A stretch of DNA of 64,000 bases from Fistulifera solaris (taxonomy: Eukaryota): positions 124,001-188,000 of the forward strand of contig AP026156.1 in the NCBI GenBank assembly GCA_030295235.1. The letters are read 5' to 3'. This document shows positions 1-11,197 of the stretch, one piece after another. A program made the position numbers and the translations under genes. Position 1 is the stretch's first letter. Each line of letters begins with the position of its first letter. The notes under the pieces were generated by a model. The model saw nothing but the letters and a program-made list of their open reading frames with translations, made no database searches and was not told where the DNA came from.

Positions 1-20
1 TAATCGCAGACCAAGGGAAA

Positions 21-2090
21 ATGGATGAAGCACCTACCCAACAGTCAACGTTACTTGGGGACAAGTTGATTCCCGATTCGTCTGAACCGTCGCCCTCATT
101 GACAAAGACTGAGCTGAAAGATTCGAGTCCCATTAATACCTCGTCCTTAGCAGAAGCTTTGCAAAGCAGTCACGATCGACAACGCAAACGCCGGCGTCTT
201 TTCTTCTGTGCCATGGAGGTTTTGAATGTGACAGAGCAAAACCAGCGATCCCATCCTTTGAAAGACTCGAACATGCAATTGCAAGAAGGAGATATTATTC
301 TTACAATTCAGGGCGAACAAACGGGACGAAAGTCGTTTGACGATGCTGTCAAGATGTTTGCTTCTGTTACTGCTGTCGGCGACGACGGATTTATCCAGTG
401 TGTGGTCACTGTGGCTCGCCGAAAGAAAGTAGCTCCGCCACCAGCCCGCCTTCCAAAATACATTCCATCGATCATGAAAAACGGTTCATCTCCTCTTACT
501 GAACTTGATTACAAAGCTCTAGCTGCAGCTATGATTGATGTTGCGAGAAATCAAAACCGGCTTTTGGGCAATGTCCTTAGCCCAAACTTCATGAATGAGT
601 TGTTCCAAGCTTGTTCATTGCTATCTACACGTACTGCGGATTACTTGATTTCTTCTTGGGAGGCCATAGTTGAGAGAATCAAGCGGGAAATGAGACGAAG
701 AGCTGCTGAGCATTGGGCATCGAAATGGCAACTTGAAACAGCGGAAATCAAGGCCTCGACCAAATCGCCCTTGTCGGACGCTCAAAGAAGTTCACGTAGA
801 GCACGACCGAGACCGGCGAGGGGCTGCCGCTGCGGAAGTCAGGAGCACGAATACGTCAACGACCCAAATTGCCCACTGTACAGCAACCTCAGACGTCTAA
901 AGAACAATGACTTGGCGGAAGAGGTTGAACCGAAGTCTAATCGCCCTAAGATTAAAGGTCCAAAAGATTTGAATGCTGTGGAGAAAGCGTTTAAGGAAAG
1001 GTTCATTCGAATGAAAGAAGAAGAGGCAGCCCTTGAAGCAGAAGCCGCGTTCGTTGGAGAAATGGAGACCATTCAACTTGAGAAATGCGGCATGGCAATC
1101 TTCGCTCCAGGAAGTCTTGCTGCGATGGTTCTATCTGCCGTATCCGAAGTAGAGCCAATGTTTCATGGCCGGCAGGTAGCCCGACCACTTGAACATAAAG
1201 AAGTGCCGAAATTAGCTGAAAAAGAGGCCAAGGACGATTCCGACGACGACGATGATGATGACGTTCCTCTCACCTCTTTGGGAAAGCGAAGTGCAAATGA
1301 AGCTACTCCGTCTCATAAGAAGAAGACGAAAGCAGAACCGCAAATTCCTTTGGATTATCTGATTTCGCTGATTCGATATGTGTGTTCGAGATGGGGACAC
1401 GTCTATCGGGAACCCTCTGAGCTAGACTACGCATGGTAAGTTACCGGTCGCGTTTCTTTCACAACATCACCGTCCATATCATGTTCTGAAACTCAAATGA
1501 TGTATCTGTTTTGTAGGAGATGGGAAGTTTATCATGGTCAGTTTTCACTGGCAGATTCGACAACCGCGTGTAAGAATCCTAGACGCGCGGGCGCTTTGAG
1601 CTTGGAGCAAGTATCCTTTTTATTCGATACTGAATTGGTGAATGAAATTGAGAATTGCAATGGGCTTCTAACGAACTTATCAATGAACACTCTAAACATC
1701 GCTGCGTTCGCTGTGCTACCTTCTGCGACCGGAGTCATCGATGAGCTTTACGCTTTATTGCGTAGTTCTATCCTCACGTTAAATGAAGCCGGTATTCCCC
1801 AACTGGCTCCGCAATGGTTCGCCAACGTCGATGTTCTGCTTTTGGATGATATGGACTCTTATTGGGGCATTCGAGCTGACCCAACTGGGAAATTTGGCAT
1901 GTCGCAACACCTTCGTGCAACGCTCCATCGTGAATGGAAAAAGACCGATGAGGGATGGATTTTGGTGAACGAAGATCCTTACGATGTGGTGTACGAATTT
2001 GCCGTCTTTGACGAATGGCGAGATGCTTTCGAGGACAAAGAGAAGACCAAGGCGGATAGCATTGAAGGTGTGGGTCGATTTGGTATTTAA
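21..2090 (+). CDS. Uncharacterised protein with PDZ-like segment and a Cys/His motif; probably 5'-truncated by the window edge; intron 1436-1516
   Basis: The 472-aa ORF joins the 197-aa ORF via GTAAG...TGTAG (81 bp), in frame (YAW|RWEVY). 'LQEGDIILTIQGEQTGRKSFDDAVKMF' is PDZ-like; motif GCRCGSQEHEYVNDPNCP. Confidence 0.65.
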
Positions 2091-2145
2091 TTGCTATAAC
2101 AAATTACATTTTCTGCGGCTCCTTATGGTTCCATCGCTTCGTCGA

Positions 2146-3774
2146 TCACACCATGATTTGGCAATCCTCGCCCAGCGCGTTGGTCCTTACTAGTTCGTCC
2201 AAATGGTCCAAGACATTGTTCTTTAAAATAAGATCGGCGTACAAGTTGCCGACGGCGTCCACAAACGTTTCAAAGTAAGGCAAGTGCGCAACTTCTTGCA
2301 AATTGCCACCGTCTTCCGCTACAAGATAGGCCCGGATGATCATGCGACAAACACCTTGGCCTCTCGCCAAGCAATGGCTTAGATTGTACACCAAGTCGTG
2401 GATTTGTATCATGCAGGTGCAACGAAAGTCATACCATCCCTCGTTCAAGTTGTATGCCAGTCGATCACCATATTCCTCGGTCGTATCGGAAGGCTCCTTG
2501 GTTTGTTTGTATTCCGCCGCCACATGTTCTCGACTGAACTGATTCAACCATCCTCGGTAACGAGTCCTGAATTTCTTCATGGGCGTCATGTTCACCGTCT
2601 GGGCGGGTGTCAACCACCGTAATAATACCGCAAAGGCCCACGCCATGGCGACCGTCACCGGCTGTTCTTGTCGCAACAAATCCGCCACGGTCGGTCCGAA
2701 ACGAATGCCCCCTTTGGCCGCCCCATTCTGTGTAATAAAGAATGTACTTAGGCCAAAATGTGGATGCAACAAACGTTGACGCCAATCGTCCCACACCAAC
2801 TGCGCTTCCGAAGGGAGGACACGGAGTATCTGGTCTTGTACCAAGGCATCCAAATACGTTAAGAAATTGCGAGAAGTCTCGGACGACGGCGACGACAAGA
2901 TGGTCGTTTGTAAACACGAACACAACGCCAAGGCGTGGGCGATTGCCGTATGAGTCCCATTGGCAATCCGCAATTTCCAGGCCACATCCTGTTGTAAGGC
3001 TTCCATGGAGGAGCGAAGGATGACACCGGGAATGGTGTGAAATTCGGACGGCAAATCGTCTCCGAGATCCGCCACCACAAACGCTTTGGCCGGTTGCGGT
3101 TCGGCGCGCGGCACTAGTACATCGTTGGGTCGATGCGACGTAATGCGATCGACCATGCTATTGAGAAAGACGACGCGTTCTTCCAGAAACTGACGATCGG
3201 CATCGTTGTTTCCGTGTTGTTGCAACAATGTCATCATGTGTTGTCGAATGACATTCCCATTTAACGGAACATTGTCGGTATTGACGACACAAATTTTCGT
3301 CGCCGGTTCTTTCGTTCGAAGAGAGCACAGAAACCGAAACAATTGTTGCATCGCCTCGGTATCAGCCGCCGCCAAACCGGCTTCGGTAACACCGATGGCA
3401 ATCAGAAAGGGTTTCGTTGGATCCAACGAAACCGATTTCCACCATTCGTGATAAAAGACTTGTTGATCTGGTTCGGTACCCCACGAGAAAGCACCGTAAC
3501 AGTCATAATAATTGGTTTGAATGTCTCCGGAGGCCAAGACGGTATCGACAGGCAACGACACGATTTTGTCGCCTTTGACTAAACAATCCTCGACAAAGGA
3601 ACGTCCGCGCGGTTGCACCAACACAGGATGATAATGAGCGGCTTGCAACGCTGGAATCCATACCGCCCGCAAGAACCGTCCTGTCCCCAAACAGATGGAA
3701 TCGATCGTCGTCAACGAACAAAAGTAAGAAGACGAAGGAGGAGGAGTCATGATGATTTCTTCGGTTCGACACAT
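2146..3774 (-). CDS. Long-chain polyol-specific dehydrogenase (mannitol DH / altronate oxidoreductase family)
   Basis: Rossmann 'CLGTGRFLRA', 'NTDNVPLNG', 'NSMVDRI' and catalytic 'KLRIANGTH' motifs. Start codon uncertain (3750/3774). Confidence 0.8.
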   Translation of the reverse strand: MCRTEEIIMTPPPSSSYFCSLTTIDSICLGTGRFLRAVWIPALQAAHYHPVLVQPRGRSFVEDCLVKGDKIVSLPVDTVLASGDIQTNYYDCYGAFSWGTEPDQQVFYHEWWKSVSLDPTKPFLIAIGVTEAGLAAADTEAMQQLFRFLCSLRTKEPATKICVVNTDNVPLNGNVIRQHMMTLLQQHGNNDADRQFLEERVVFLNSMVDRITSHRPNDVLVPRAEPQPAKAFVVADLGDDLPSEFHTIPGVILRSSMEALQQDVAWKLRIANGTHTAIAHALALCSCLQTTILSSPSSETSRNFLTYLDALVQDQILRVLPSEAQLVWDDWRQRLLHPHFGLSTFFITQNGAAKGGIRFGPTVADLLRQEQPVTVAMAWAFAVLLRWLTPAQTVNMTPMKKFRTRYRGWLNQFSREHVAAEYKQTKEPSDTTEEYGDRLAYNLNEGWYDFRCTCMIQIHDLVYNLSHCLARGQGVCRMIIRAYLVAEDGGNLQEVAHLPYFETFVDAVGNLYADLILKNNVLDHLDELVRTNALGEDCQIMV

Positions 3775-4346
3775 TTCTTTTTTCTCCAGCAGCCGCGCCA
3801 CCAACGAGTCTTGTTAAAATCGATGTTTTTCAGCAGATGGAAAAGAATGACAAGACGAAGGCTATGAATGTGAAGAATGATTATCATCGCGGCAATCACT
3901 ATCCATGGCGCCAGATGACTTCACGGAGTAACTTTTTCGCGAACCTCTTTATAGATTTGTATAGAGTGCATAAGGTTATAGTACTGGCATCAGGCCAAAC
4001 GCCAAACACAAACACAAAACATTCAAACTTTAGGACGCTCAACGGTCTCTTGGACCTTGGACCTTACAGATTCTATCAAACAATAGTACAATTACGATCT
4101 CGAGCAACTTTATGGTACGGTAGCCCGGACTCCGGACTTATACGCTGCCAGTTGCAATCAACCACCCAAGGAGGGTCGATCTGTGCCCGCTGATCGCTGA
4201 TCCTAAAGTTGATCTTAGCTCTAGCTGTTAAAGCACTAAAACCTTAGACTTAGACGCCATACGCCATACGGAAAGCGGAAAGACCCCACTCTGCTACCAC
4301 TAACTCTATCCTCTATCTCTTTCTCTGACTTTATGGAGTTAAAGCT

Positions 4347-4378
4347 AATGAGTAATAACCTATAGGTTATTACTCATT
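4347..4378. repeat. Perfect 32-bp palindrome AATGAGTAATAACCTATAGGTTATTACTCATT
   Basis: The sequence equals its own reverse complement. GTTAAAG lies on both sides (4338-4344, 4380-4386). Confidence 0.95.
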
Positions 4379-5318
4379 GGTTAAAGTCAGAGTCTTAAAA
4401 CTCAAAAGTCCAAAGTCAAGGCGAAATTGGGATAGGCGATAGGCCGCATGCTGCAAGCCACATGACCGCATGTAGGCCTGGTAACATTATGCAAGATGAT
4501 CTTTCGATAAAGTTTCCTGGAGCATCAATGCTGCTTTTGCTCCAACACCAAGCTCTGCAGTCGGCATATTTACTGCCAACTGCTTCACGGAGGAACATCG
4601 AACAGATAAGCTTGAAAGCTAGTAGACTACGTTTTGCAATAATAATCTCAACGCACTTCCGTGGAGTATCTTCGCCGCTCACATTTTTTGACGTATACCT
4701 GACCTTTATAGACCCGGTGCTGTAATGATCTGACTTATAGAATACGGCGATTATAAGTTTGGAAGGATTGATCAGTTCCCTGAGGAGTCAGAAAAACTAC
4801 AAGCCTGAATCCCATGATGTGCAAAGTTTGAAAAAACAGGGGTCATAGCAGGTCATAGATAATCCCGTGACTGAAAGCTCCTGGAGTCAGGAACACTACA
4901 CATTATTGTATAGTAGGCTTTCAAAGCAAACTCGAAAGTTTCTAATGCTCAAGTATTCATTACAACAACCTCGTTATCGCAATTAAACCGCTACAAACCA
5001 TTTATACGTCTAATGAATGATGGTCACATTGTCTGTTTCAATCATTTATTGTATTCTAAGGAGCTTTCTCCCTCGTTTGTATTCGGGACTGAAAAATAAT
5101 CGGTTCAGAATTTATTCGAGTACTTGTACATCTTGCTTCAAAGCAATTTCCGAAAGATCCTTGCATGGATGTTTTTTGCGAATACTGGTAAGCAACAGAA
5201 GGGAAATAAACATTCTAAAATAAATTTACATTTATTTGTGCAAGTACGATCGAAATATTTGTGGATCGTTTTCTCATCGAGTGCATAACATGTATGGATT
5301 GACTCGCTCATATCGTAA

Positions 5319-5972
5319 TCAAGCCGCGGCAGCTGACAAAGCATCGTGCGGCAAAAGAAGGGCTGCCAATTTACGTGCCTGTTGGGAGAGCTCTTCAGAA
5401 AGATGTGATAATTGAGGAAGGGTCGAGCAACAATGCCGAATCGCCAGCTGAATAATGGCAGCCGGGAAGAACAGTTCATTTTCGTAGGGTGTTACTTTGG
5501 CTTGAAGAAGGCCATCCGCAAGTTTCATCAGCGAAGTCATGGTACGAGGAGATTGCTTTGCCATATGATTCGCCAAGCCCGTGTTGTAGAGAATAATTGC
5601 GGACTGCATGTCAACATCTTCGTAACATGCTGTATCGATGTCGCTGATACGAATCGTGTAAAGAATGTTGGGAGGAGAATGTTCTTGAGCGTAATTCTTC
5701 ATAACATGAAGAAAGGAGAGAGGATCATCCATCAAATCCTTGAAAGTTGGATAATTGTGATCAGTGGAGAAAACAAGCTTTGACTGAAACAATCGTAGCT
5801 GAGCCTGTCGCAACATGCTCTCTTCGTCCAAGATCGACGACTGACTGTTCAAGTATTGTCGTAGAAGGCGTGTCGCATCTTGAAGTGTCGTCAAAGCTTC
5901 TTGAAACAAATGGCGATGCAACATCTCTACACTCATGTTATTGAGTGCGATTGCGGTGCGTGACAAGGCCAT
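5319..5972 (-). CDS. Hypothetical helical (TPR-like) protein of a diatom-type family
   Basis: ORF from MALSRTAIALNNM with 'EALTTLQDA' and 'AIILYNTGLA' helical repeat-like segments. Confidence 0.6.
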   Translation of the reverse strand: MALSRTAIALNNMSVEMLHRHLFQEALTTLQDATRLLRQYLNSQSSILDEESMLRQAQLRLFQSKLVFSTDHNYPTFKDLMDDPLSFLHVMKNYAQEHSPPNILYTIRISDIDTACYEDVDMQSAIILYNTGLANHMAKQSPRTMTSLMKLADGLLQAKVTPYENELFFPAAIIQLAIRHCCSTLPQLSHLSEELSQQARKLAALLLPHDALSAAAA

Positions 5973-7271
5973 CTTAAATTGATGCGAATGAGAAAAGTCA
6001 AACGACAGAAAAAGATACGGAGAAAATAATGAGGCTGCGTCGGCAATGAGAATGAGAAGATGTTTTCGTCGCCCTTGGCTTTGCGTGAGGCAAAAAGAAG
6101 TCAATTCTGCGGAACCTTGTGCGAATAAAGGGGAACCGACGTCAACTATACATTGTTCAGTACAACCCTAACTTATCTTATGGCATCATTAAAAACCCAT
6201 TATAGTTCTACTACTGGTGCGGCCAGCTGGATAAAGAACATAGAACACAAAGAAGAAAATGTTTCGTGTTTCGTGCTTCGTGTTTCGTATTCCTTATCAT
6301 CGAGCTCCAAATTCCTAAGCCCTGCGCGGTGTTCGGAATTAAAGGACAATGTAATGCACAAAGTACAAGCATAATGCCGAATTCCAAACACCGAGCCAAT
6401 CAGAATCACCGACCGTCATGGAGAATGGAGAATATCCGAAGTTCGGAAACATTTAGTTGTAATTTGTTACCGGCAAAGGAAACCGGCACTTAATGACAAC
6501 GACATTGAAACACGCAAAACCCGTTTGACGCAAACGTATTTTATCTTTGCACGGGTTCGACGTGCGAATCTCGTGTTGTGATCGTGTGCGAATGATCCAG
6601 ATTCTTCCTTCGACGGACGTCGTGAATGTAATGAAACGCAATACTCCGTCTACTGCAAACGACGATGATGACGATACGCCGTAACAAATAATGCTTGGAC
6701 TGTGTCATTATTATTTGTTCCTCCAGACTCCAGCCCTTGTATTTTTTAAACCAAACTTGTACCTTCAAAGTATGGAACAACGATACATGAAACGTAGAGA
6801 ATAGACGGAAGATCATTATAGTGCGAAGAGGACACGCGGCTTGCATGCTTTGACTGGAAAGTTGGAATGGTAGACCTATCTATCCAAAAATTTCTGGATC
6901 AGTAAGTTTTTGCAATGAATTACTTTTCAAGAATTCAGTCGATTCACTCCACGAAAAGCTCTCGTTGTAGCTACAAAGTAGTTGTGTTTGAGGGGTCCCT
7001 AAATTTGCGCTTTAGTAGCTACTGGTAGGATAGAGTATCGTATAGCGTATAGCAAGAGTGCATCGTACGTACGTCGTCTGCACATAACTATCCCTATCCG
7101 TAGTGCTCCCTTTCATTTAGCCGTTGATGATGAGGCGGACGATGATGACGATGTGAGGCTTGCCGATGTGAATAATAAATCATTCATTGCTATATCATCT
7201 ATGAAGCAATTACATGTGTGTTTTTAACTGAACCCTCGCATTTCTAAAGGTACCAGAATAGTACGAAAACG

Positions 7272-7565
7272 ATGGATACACTTAACGATTACGACGACGA
7301 ATCATCCAGTGAAGATTTGGGTTCTAACCAGGACAGCACGACTCTTCCGAGCAACTCTTTATCATCGAAGCAACCAACTTCACACCGGCTGAATCACATT
7401 CGAATGCAGCAGAAGCAGTCCTCGTCATGGATTCAGCAATTACAATCTCAACCCGAATTTCACAATCCACATTTCTTTCAATCCGTCGTCGAACACTTCG
7501 GGATCGATCCGTTCGGGACGCACGTCATCAAAAATAAACAAAATGGAGAACAACCGACCAAGTAG
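7272..7565 (+). CDS. Small HCNGP/SAP30-binding-protein-like domain protein
   Basis: Acidic N-terminus 'NDYDDESS' plus 'QLQSQPEFHNPHFFQSVVEHFGIDPFGT', resembling the HCNGP core (EFRNP...IDELGT). Confidence 0.6.
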   Translation: MDTLNDYDDESSSEDLGSNQDSTTLPSNSLSSKQPTSHRLNHIRMQQKQSSSWIQQLQSQPEFHNPHFFQSVVEHFGIDPFGTHVIKNKQNGEQPTK

Positions 7566-7649
7566 ATTGCGAGAATGCTAGGACGCATGCTTTCGTTCCG
7601 CCTATTGCGATGATTTTTCATCAATCGGTGGATACGTAAAGTTGTTCCG

Positions 7650-7798
7650 TTCAATCATCTCCACCAGAGAGTGCGACAGAAATCGTCGTGGAAACAACAA
7701 CTGCGGGCAACAGCCGGAATGGGTTATTCCATCCATCCCTTCTTAAATCGATCCTCGCACATTTTGGAATCAATTCGTTCGAAACGCATGTGCTCCCC
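7650..7798 (+). pseudogene. Degenerate tandem copy of the HCNGP-like domain
   Basis: FNHLHQRVRQKSSWKQQLR / frameshifted / FHPSLLKSILAHFGINSFETHV aligns with LNHIRMQQKQSSSWIQQLQ...FHNPHFFQSVVEHFGIDPFGTHV. Confidence 0.55.
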
Positions 7799-7892
7799 AC
7801 AACAAACCGTATCTCTCTAAGCAAGAAAAAATTAAATGCATGCTTATATGAACTAAAAAAACGAAACTACATCCGAACCCGTCGGCATCTTC

Positions 7893-9049
7893 CTATTCCA
7901 CCACCTCCGCAACTTCTTCGTGAATCGGTGGACACGAAGAATGCTCCGACGCATCCGTACTGCTCTCGTGCACGGGCACGACATCACCGGGCCAGACTGT
8001 TGTAATGATTTCCTGCAAACTCTCTTTGGATGGACTGTGATGATGATGAGAGTTCAATGGAGGATCGCAAATGGTCAAGGGAATGGTATGTGTCACTTCT
8101 TTGCTGCCCAGGAAACGAATACACAAGAAGTGTTGAATCTGTATCCGTTTCGTACCAATATACGTATCCCGGGCTGTGGAGGGTATCGGAATCGAAATGG
8201 GAGAGCTCGCATGCAACTCTTGTTCCAACTCTAGTTTGATGCGTTCTGTGTCCGACCATTCCGTGATGGGCGCCAGGCGTTGTTCCGACAGTATGTGTTG
8301 GTGTGAATGAGCGGTATGGCAATGCGTTTTCCAGTGAATTTCTTCCATGACTTGAATCGTCGCTTCTGCGGTAGAACGACCACGCATCGACAAGGACACT
8401 GGCAAAGAATGGCCTTTCGCGACGTGCGTGTTTTCCATATGCACGGCTAGAAGTACGTCCGAAGACAACGACAATGGCGCTAAATGATACGGATGGGCCT
8501 TGGTCGACAGGGTGGGGCCGACGATGTGAACCGGTCGCGTGACAGAAACGTGCGTCCCGTACCAAGCCGTCAATTCGTAATTAACGGAACAACCGCGTGG
8601 TCCATCGTCTTCGAAATAGAAGGAGGGCGCGAGTGACCCGGGTAAGAAAAACGGCAAAGGGCAAAGTCGTCGTCGTTGTCAAACTGTTTGGTTGTTTTTG
8701 ACTAAAGTCTTGTAACACTTGTTCTTCCTCGAAGATAATGTCTTCCTTTTCCTGTCCGCGACACGAGTTTAACAAAGTGGGTGTCGTCCATGTTTGTTCT
8801 CTGCCGATGAGCGAAATGGATAATTCACTATTTCCGTCCGGTTGCAATGAGGGATGTTCTACGGTAACGGTACCTTTGATCCATCGTTGCGCACGATAAA
8901 CACAATCTGTACAATCGATCGATTAGCAAAGAAGAAATGGGGTAAGATCAAAGCAGCACGATGAATCGTTTCTTTTGCCTATCTGTCGCATTACCTTCAT
9001 GATCTAAAGAAAGGTGCAATACGGTATTTTCGGTAGCGTTGACTTTCAT
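7893..9049 (-). CDS. Arrestin-domain protein; intron 8907-8994; 1-nt indel near 8650
   Basis: Spliced N-terminus MKVNATENTVLHLSLDHE|DCVYRAQRWIKGTVTV...ISLIGREQT, then 'LPFAVFLPGSLAPSF...CSVNYEL' and C-terminal 'DTYIGTKRIQIQHFLCI'; arrestin N/C sandwich pattern. Confidence 0.7.
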
Positions 9050-9371
9050 GGTAACTTGATGCTTTGTTTATTATTTTGTTGGTAAAAGAATAACGATGAT
9101 CGCCTGGTCGAAGAAAGCCCATGGAAGGGCGTGATGAGTTTGTATTTCGTTTCAACACACGGTTCGCATTTTCTTGGGGCATTTTTAGTTCTCTGGGTTC
9201 GGGTTTCTCGCAGAAGCATGTCAACATAAAGTGTAGACAGATCACTTACTATACTTTCTACTGTAGGATCCTGATGCTGCTCGTCCGTCCTTCGACCTCT
9301 CTTTGATTACCGATCGCCGATCGCCAAGCAGACAGCGATCCTCGTCGTCGTCAGCATTTTCATTTTTCGCC

Positions 9372-9566
9372 ATGACGATGAGCCCGACCCGCCTCCCTCA
9401 GATGGGAGAATCGTCAAAGAAGCGCAGTCTTGAAATAGAAACAAACAATGAAAAGAAAAGCAAAGAGCCAACCATTACGAAATCAATTTTTCGTTTGGAT
9501 TACAATCGAGGTGTTTACGTTCGAGTCGAACATCCTGTCCGATGCGACATCAATGACGGTTCATGA
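9372..9566 (+). CDS. Possible small hypothetical protein
   Basis: Short ATG-initiated ORF (MTMSPTRLPQ...) with no recognisable motif. Confidence 0.2.
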   Translation: MTMSPTRLPQMGESSKKRSLEIETNNEKKSKEPTITKSIFRLDYNRGVYVRVEHPVRCDINDGS

Positions 9567-9718
9567 GTCAGTCAGTCTTTTTGGTCACGATGATGACGTC
9601 ATTCAGGCCACAAAACGACGCTTATTTGCGATGTGAATGATGACAAAGAAAACAAACAATCATTCCTTACCTCTCTTCAGAGCAATTCTGATAACAAACA
9701 ATCAACAAACAACAAAAG

Positions 9719-10593
9719 ATGAGACAGCATATCACGTATCATTGGTGGCTTTCCGTTTGCTGCTGCTGGATCGCCCTTTTCAGCCAGCAATCAGTTATAA
9801 CCCGTCAATGATACGACGAGACTTTTTCATTCAAGCCTTCGTAGCATCCACCCTTTCACAATCTGCGTCTAGCATCGAAGAACAAAATGTACAGAGAATC
9901 AAACCGTATGCACCACTAGAGCAACTGATTCCTGCTGTTCGAGTGAAACAAAGGATTGATCGTGCTCTCGCTATTGCTGTTGCCGAGGATTCTGCAAAAG
10001 CCGATCGGTTGCAAGAATTACTTTTTCCTCCTCCCGGTGCTCTTCTCGGAACCACCATGGCAGATACAACTACCAGCAGCAAACCCAGTCAATTATATTT
10101 CGATTCTTATCAACGCACCCGCGAACAAGCTCCTCTACTGGCGCAACCGGGTGCGTGGTTCGTGCAAAAAGGCGAACTCCGGGCCTGGAAGAATTTGCAA
10201 AACATAGAACAACAACAAGAGACGCGCGATGAAACACGCGCGGCGTTCAATGCGTACACGAACGCATTATCGTACAACGCGGAATCGTATCTGTGGACGG
10301 CGTCCCCCGAACTCAAAAAACAATTGATTCGGCAAGATCGATTGCCGGATGTGAAAGCCGTCGTCACGGCCGATTTGGATTTGCGGTATTTATATCGCAA
10401 TCAGATATTGACCGCGTGGGACGACGCGCGGGCGGAATGGCGGTATCAAACCACACAGACGCAACCGGACTGGAAAGAGTTGGTCGACATTTTGAAACAA
10501 GCACAGACGGCTTGTCATCGATGGTTTGATTTCATTGACGAAAAAGACATCGAAGAAGCCATTAAAGTTGTGGATAACGAATGGTACAGATAG
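9719..10593 (+). CDS. Putative thylakoid-lumen protein (signal peptide + twin-Arg motif); 1-nt indel near 9780
   Basis: Restoring one T gives MRQHITYHWWLSVCCCWIALFQPAISY...MIRRDFFIQAFVAS, followed by a long helical domain. Confidence 0.6.
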
Positions 10594-10624
10594 TACAAGA
10601 AAGGTACGGAACGCTAGCAATCGA

Positions 10625-11197
10625 TCACGGCGATCCTAAATTAGACTCCGCTTCTTCGTTTTCATTCTCTATCAGCTGTTGTTTCTTGAAATTCTCAAAA
10701 ATGCGTCGCTCTTCGGCACACACTTGCAACACTTGATCCGTCGATAATTTTTCCGCGGGCGTGAGCATCATTTCTTCCAGAGTCAGATTCCGCAGGCGTT
10801 CTTCCTCGTCTAACTTGTCTTGACAGTCACAACAGAACATGGTGGGTGAATCATTGGTGGCGCTGATCCGAAAGGTTTCACACGATTCGTCTCTTAACAA
10901 ACGACTTTGACACGGATAGAGATACCATTGACGGCCCTCAAAATCTTGGTAGGGTATGCAGGACAGGTCATCCAGGATAAATCGAAGATAACAAATACGT
11001 GATATAAAATTGGGAGAGACGCGAACGGGTTCGAATCCAGATCGTTCGATATGGTATCGTATTCTGTACTTGCACTCTTCTGCGGTAGGAAACATGGACG
11101 GGGATTCCGGTGCATCGTCACGGCTCGGAGCCGGAGGCGGTGGAGTGCTGGGTCGAGAGACGTTCTTACGAGCAGCTTTCCTCCTGGTTTTCGGCAT
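10625..11197 (-). CDS. Hypothetical protein
   Basis: 190-aa ATG ORF with a basic, Pro-rich N-terminus and a Cys cluster (C..FCCDCQ). Confidence 0.5.
   Translation of the reverse strand: MPKTRRKAARKNVSRPSTPPPPAPSRDDAPESPSMFPTAEECKYRIRYHIERSGFEPVRVSPNFISRICYLRFILDDLSCIPYQDFEGRQWYLYPCQSRLLRDESCETFRISATNDSPTMFCCDCQDKLDEEERLRNLTLEEMMLTPAEKLSTDQVLQVCAEERRIFENFKKQQLIENENEEAESNLGSP

Noticed and set aside
4416..4725. Overlapping ~88-aa ORFs as a possible transposon remnant
   Set aside because: No transposase, RT or integrase motif is recognisable.
11027..11040. GGTTCGAATCC tRNA T-loop/B-box match
   Set aside because: No T-stem, D-arm or acceptor stem; it lies inside a protein ORF on the opposite strand.
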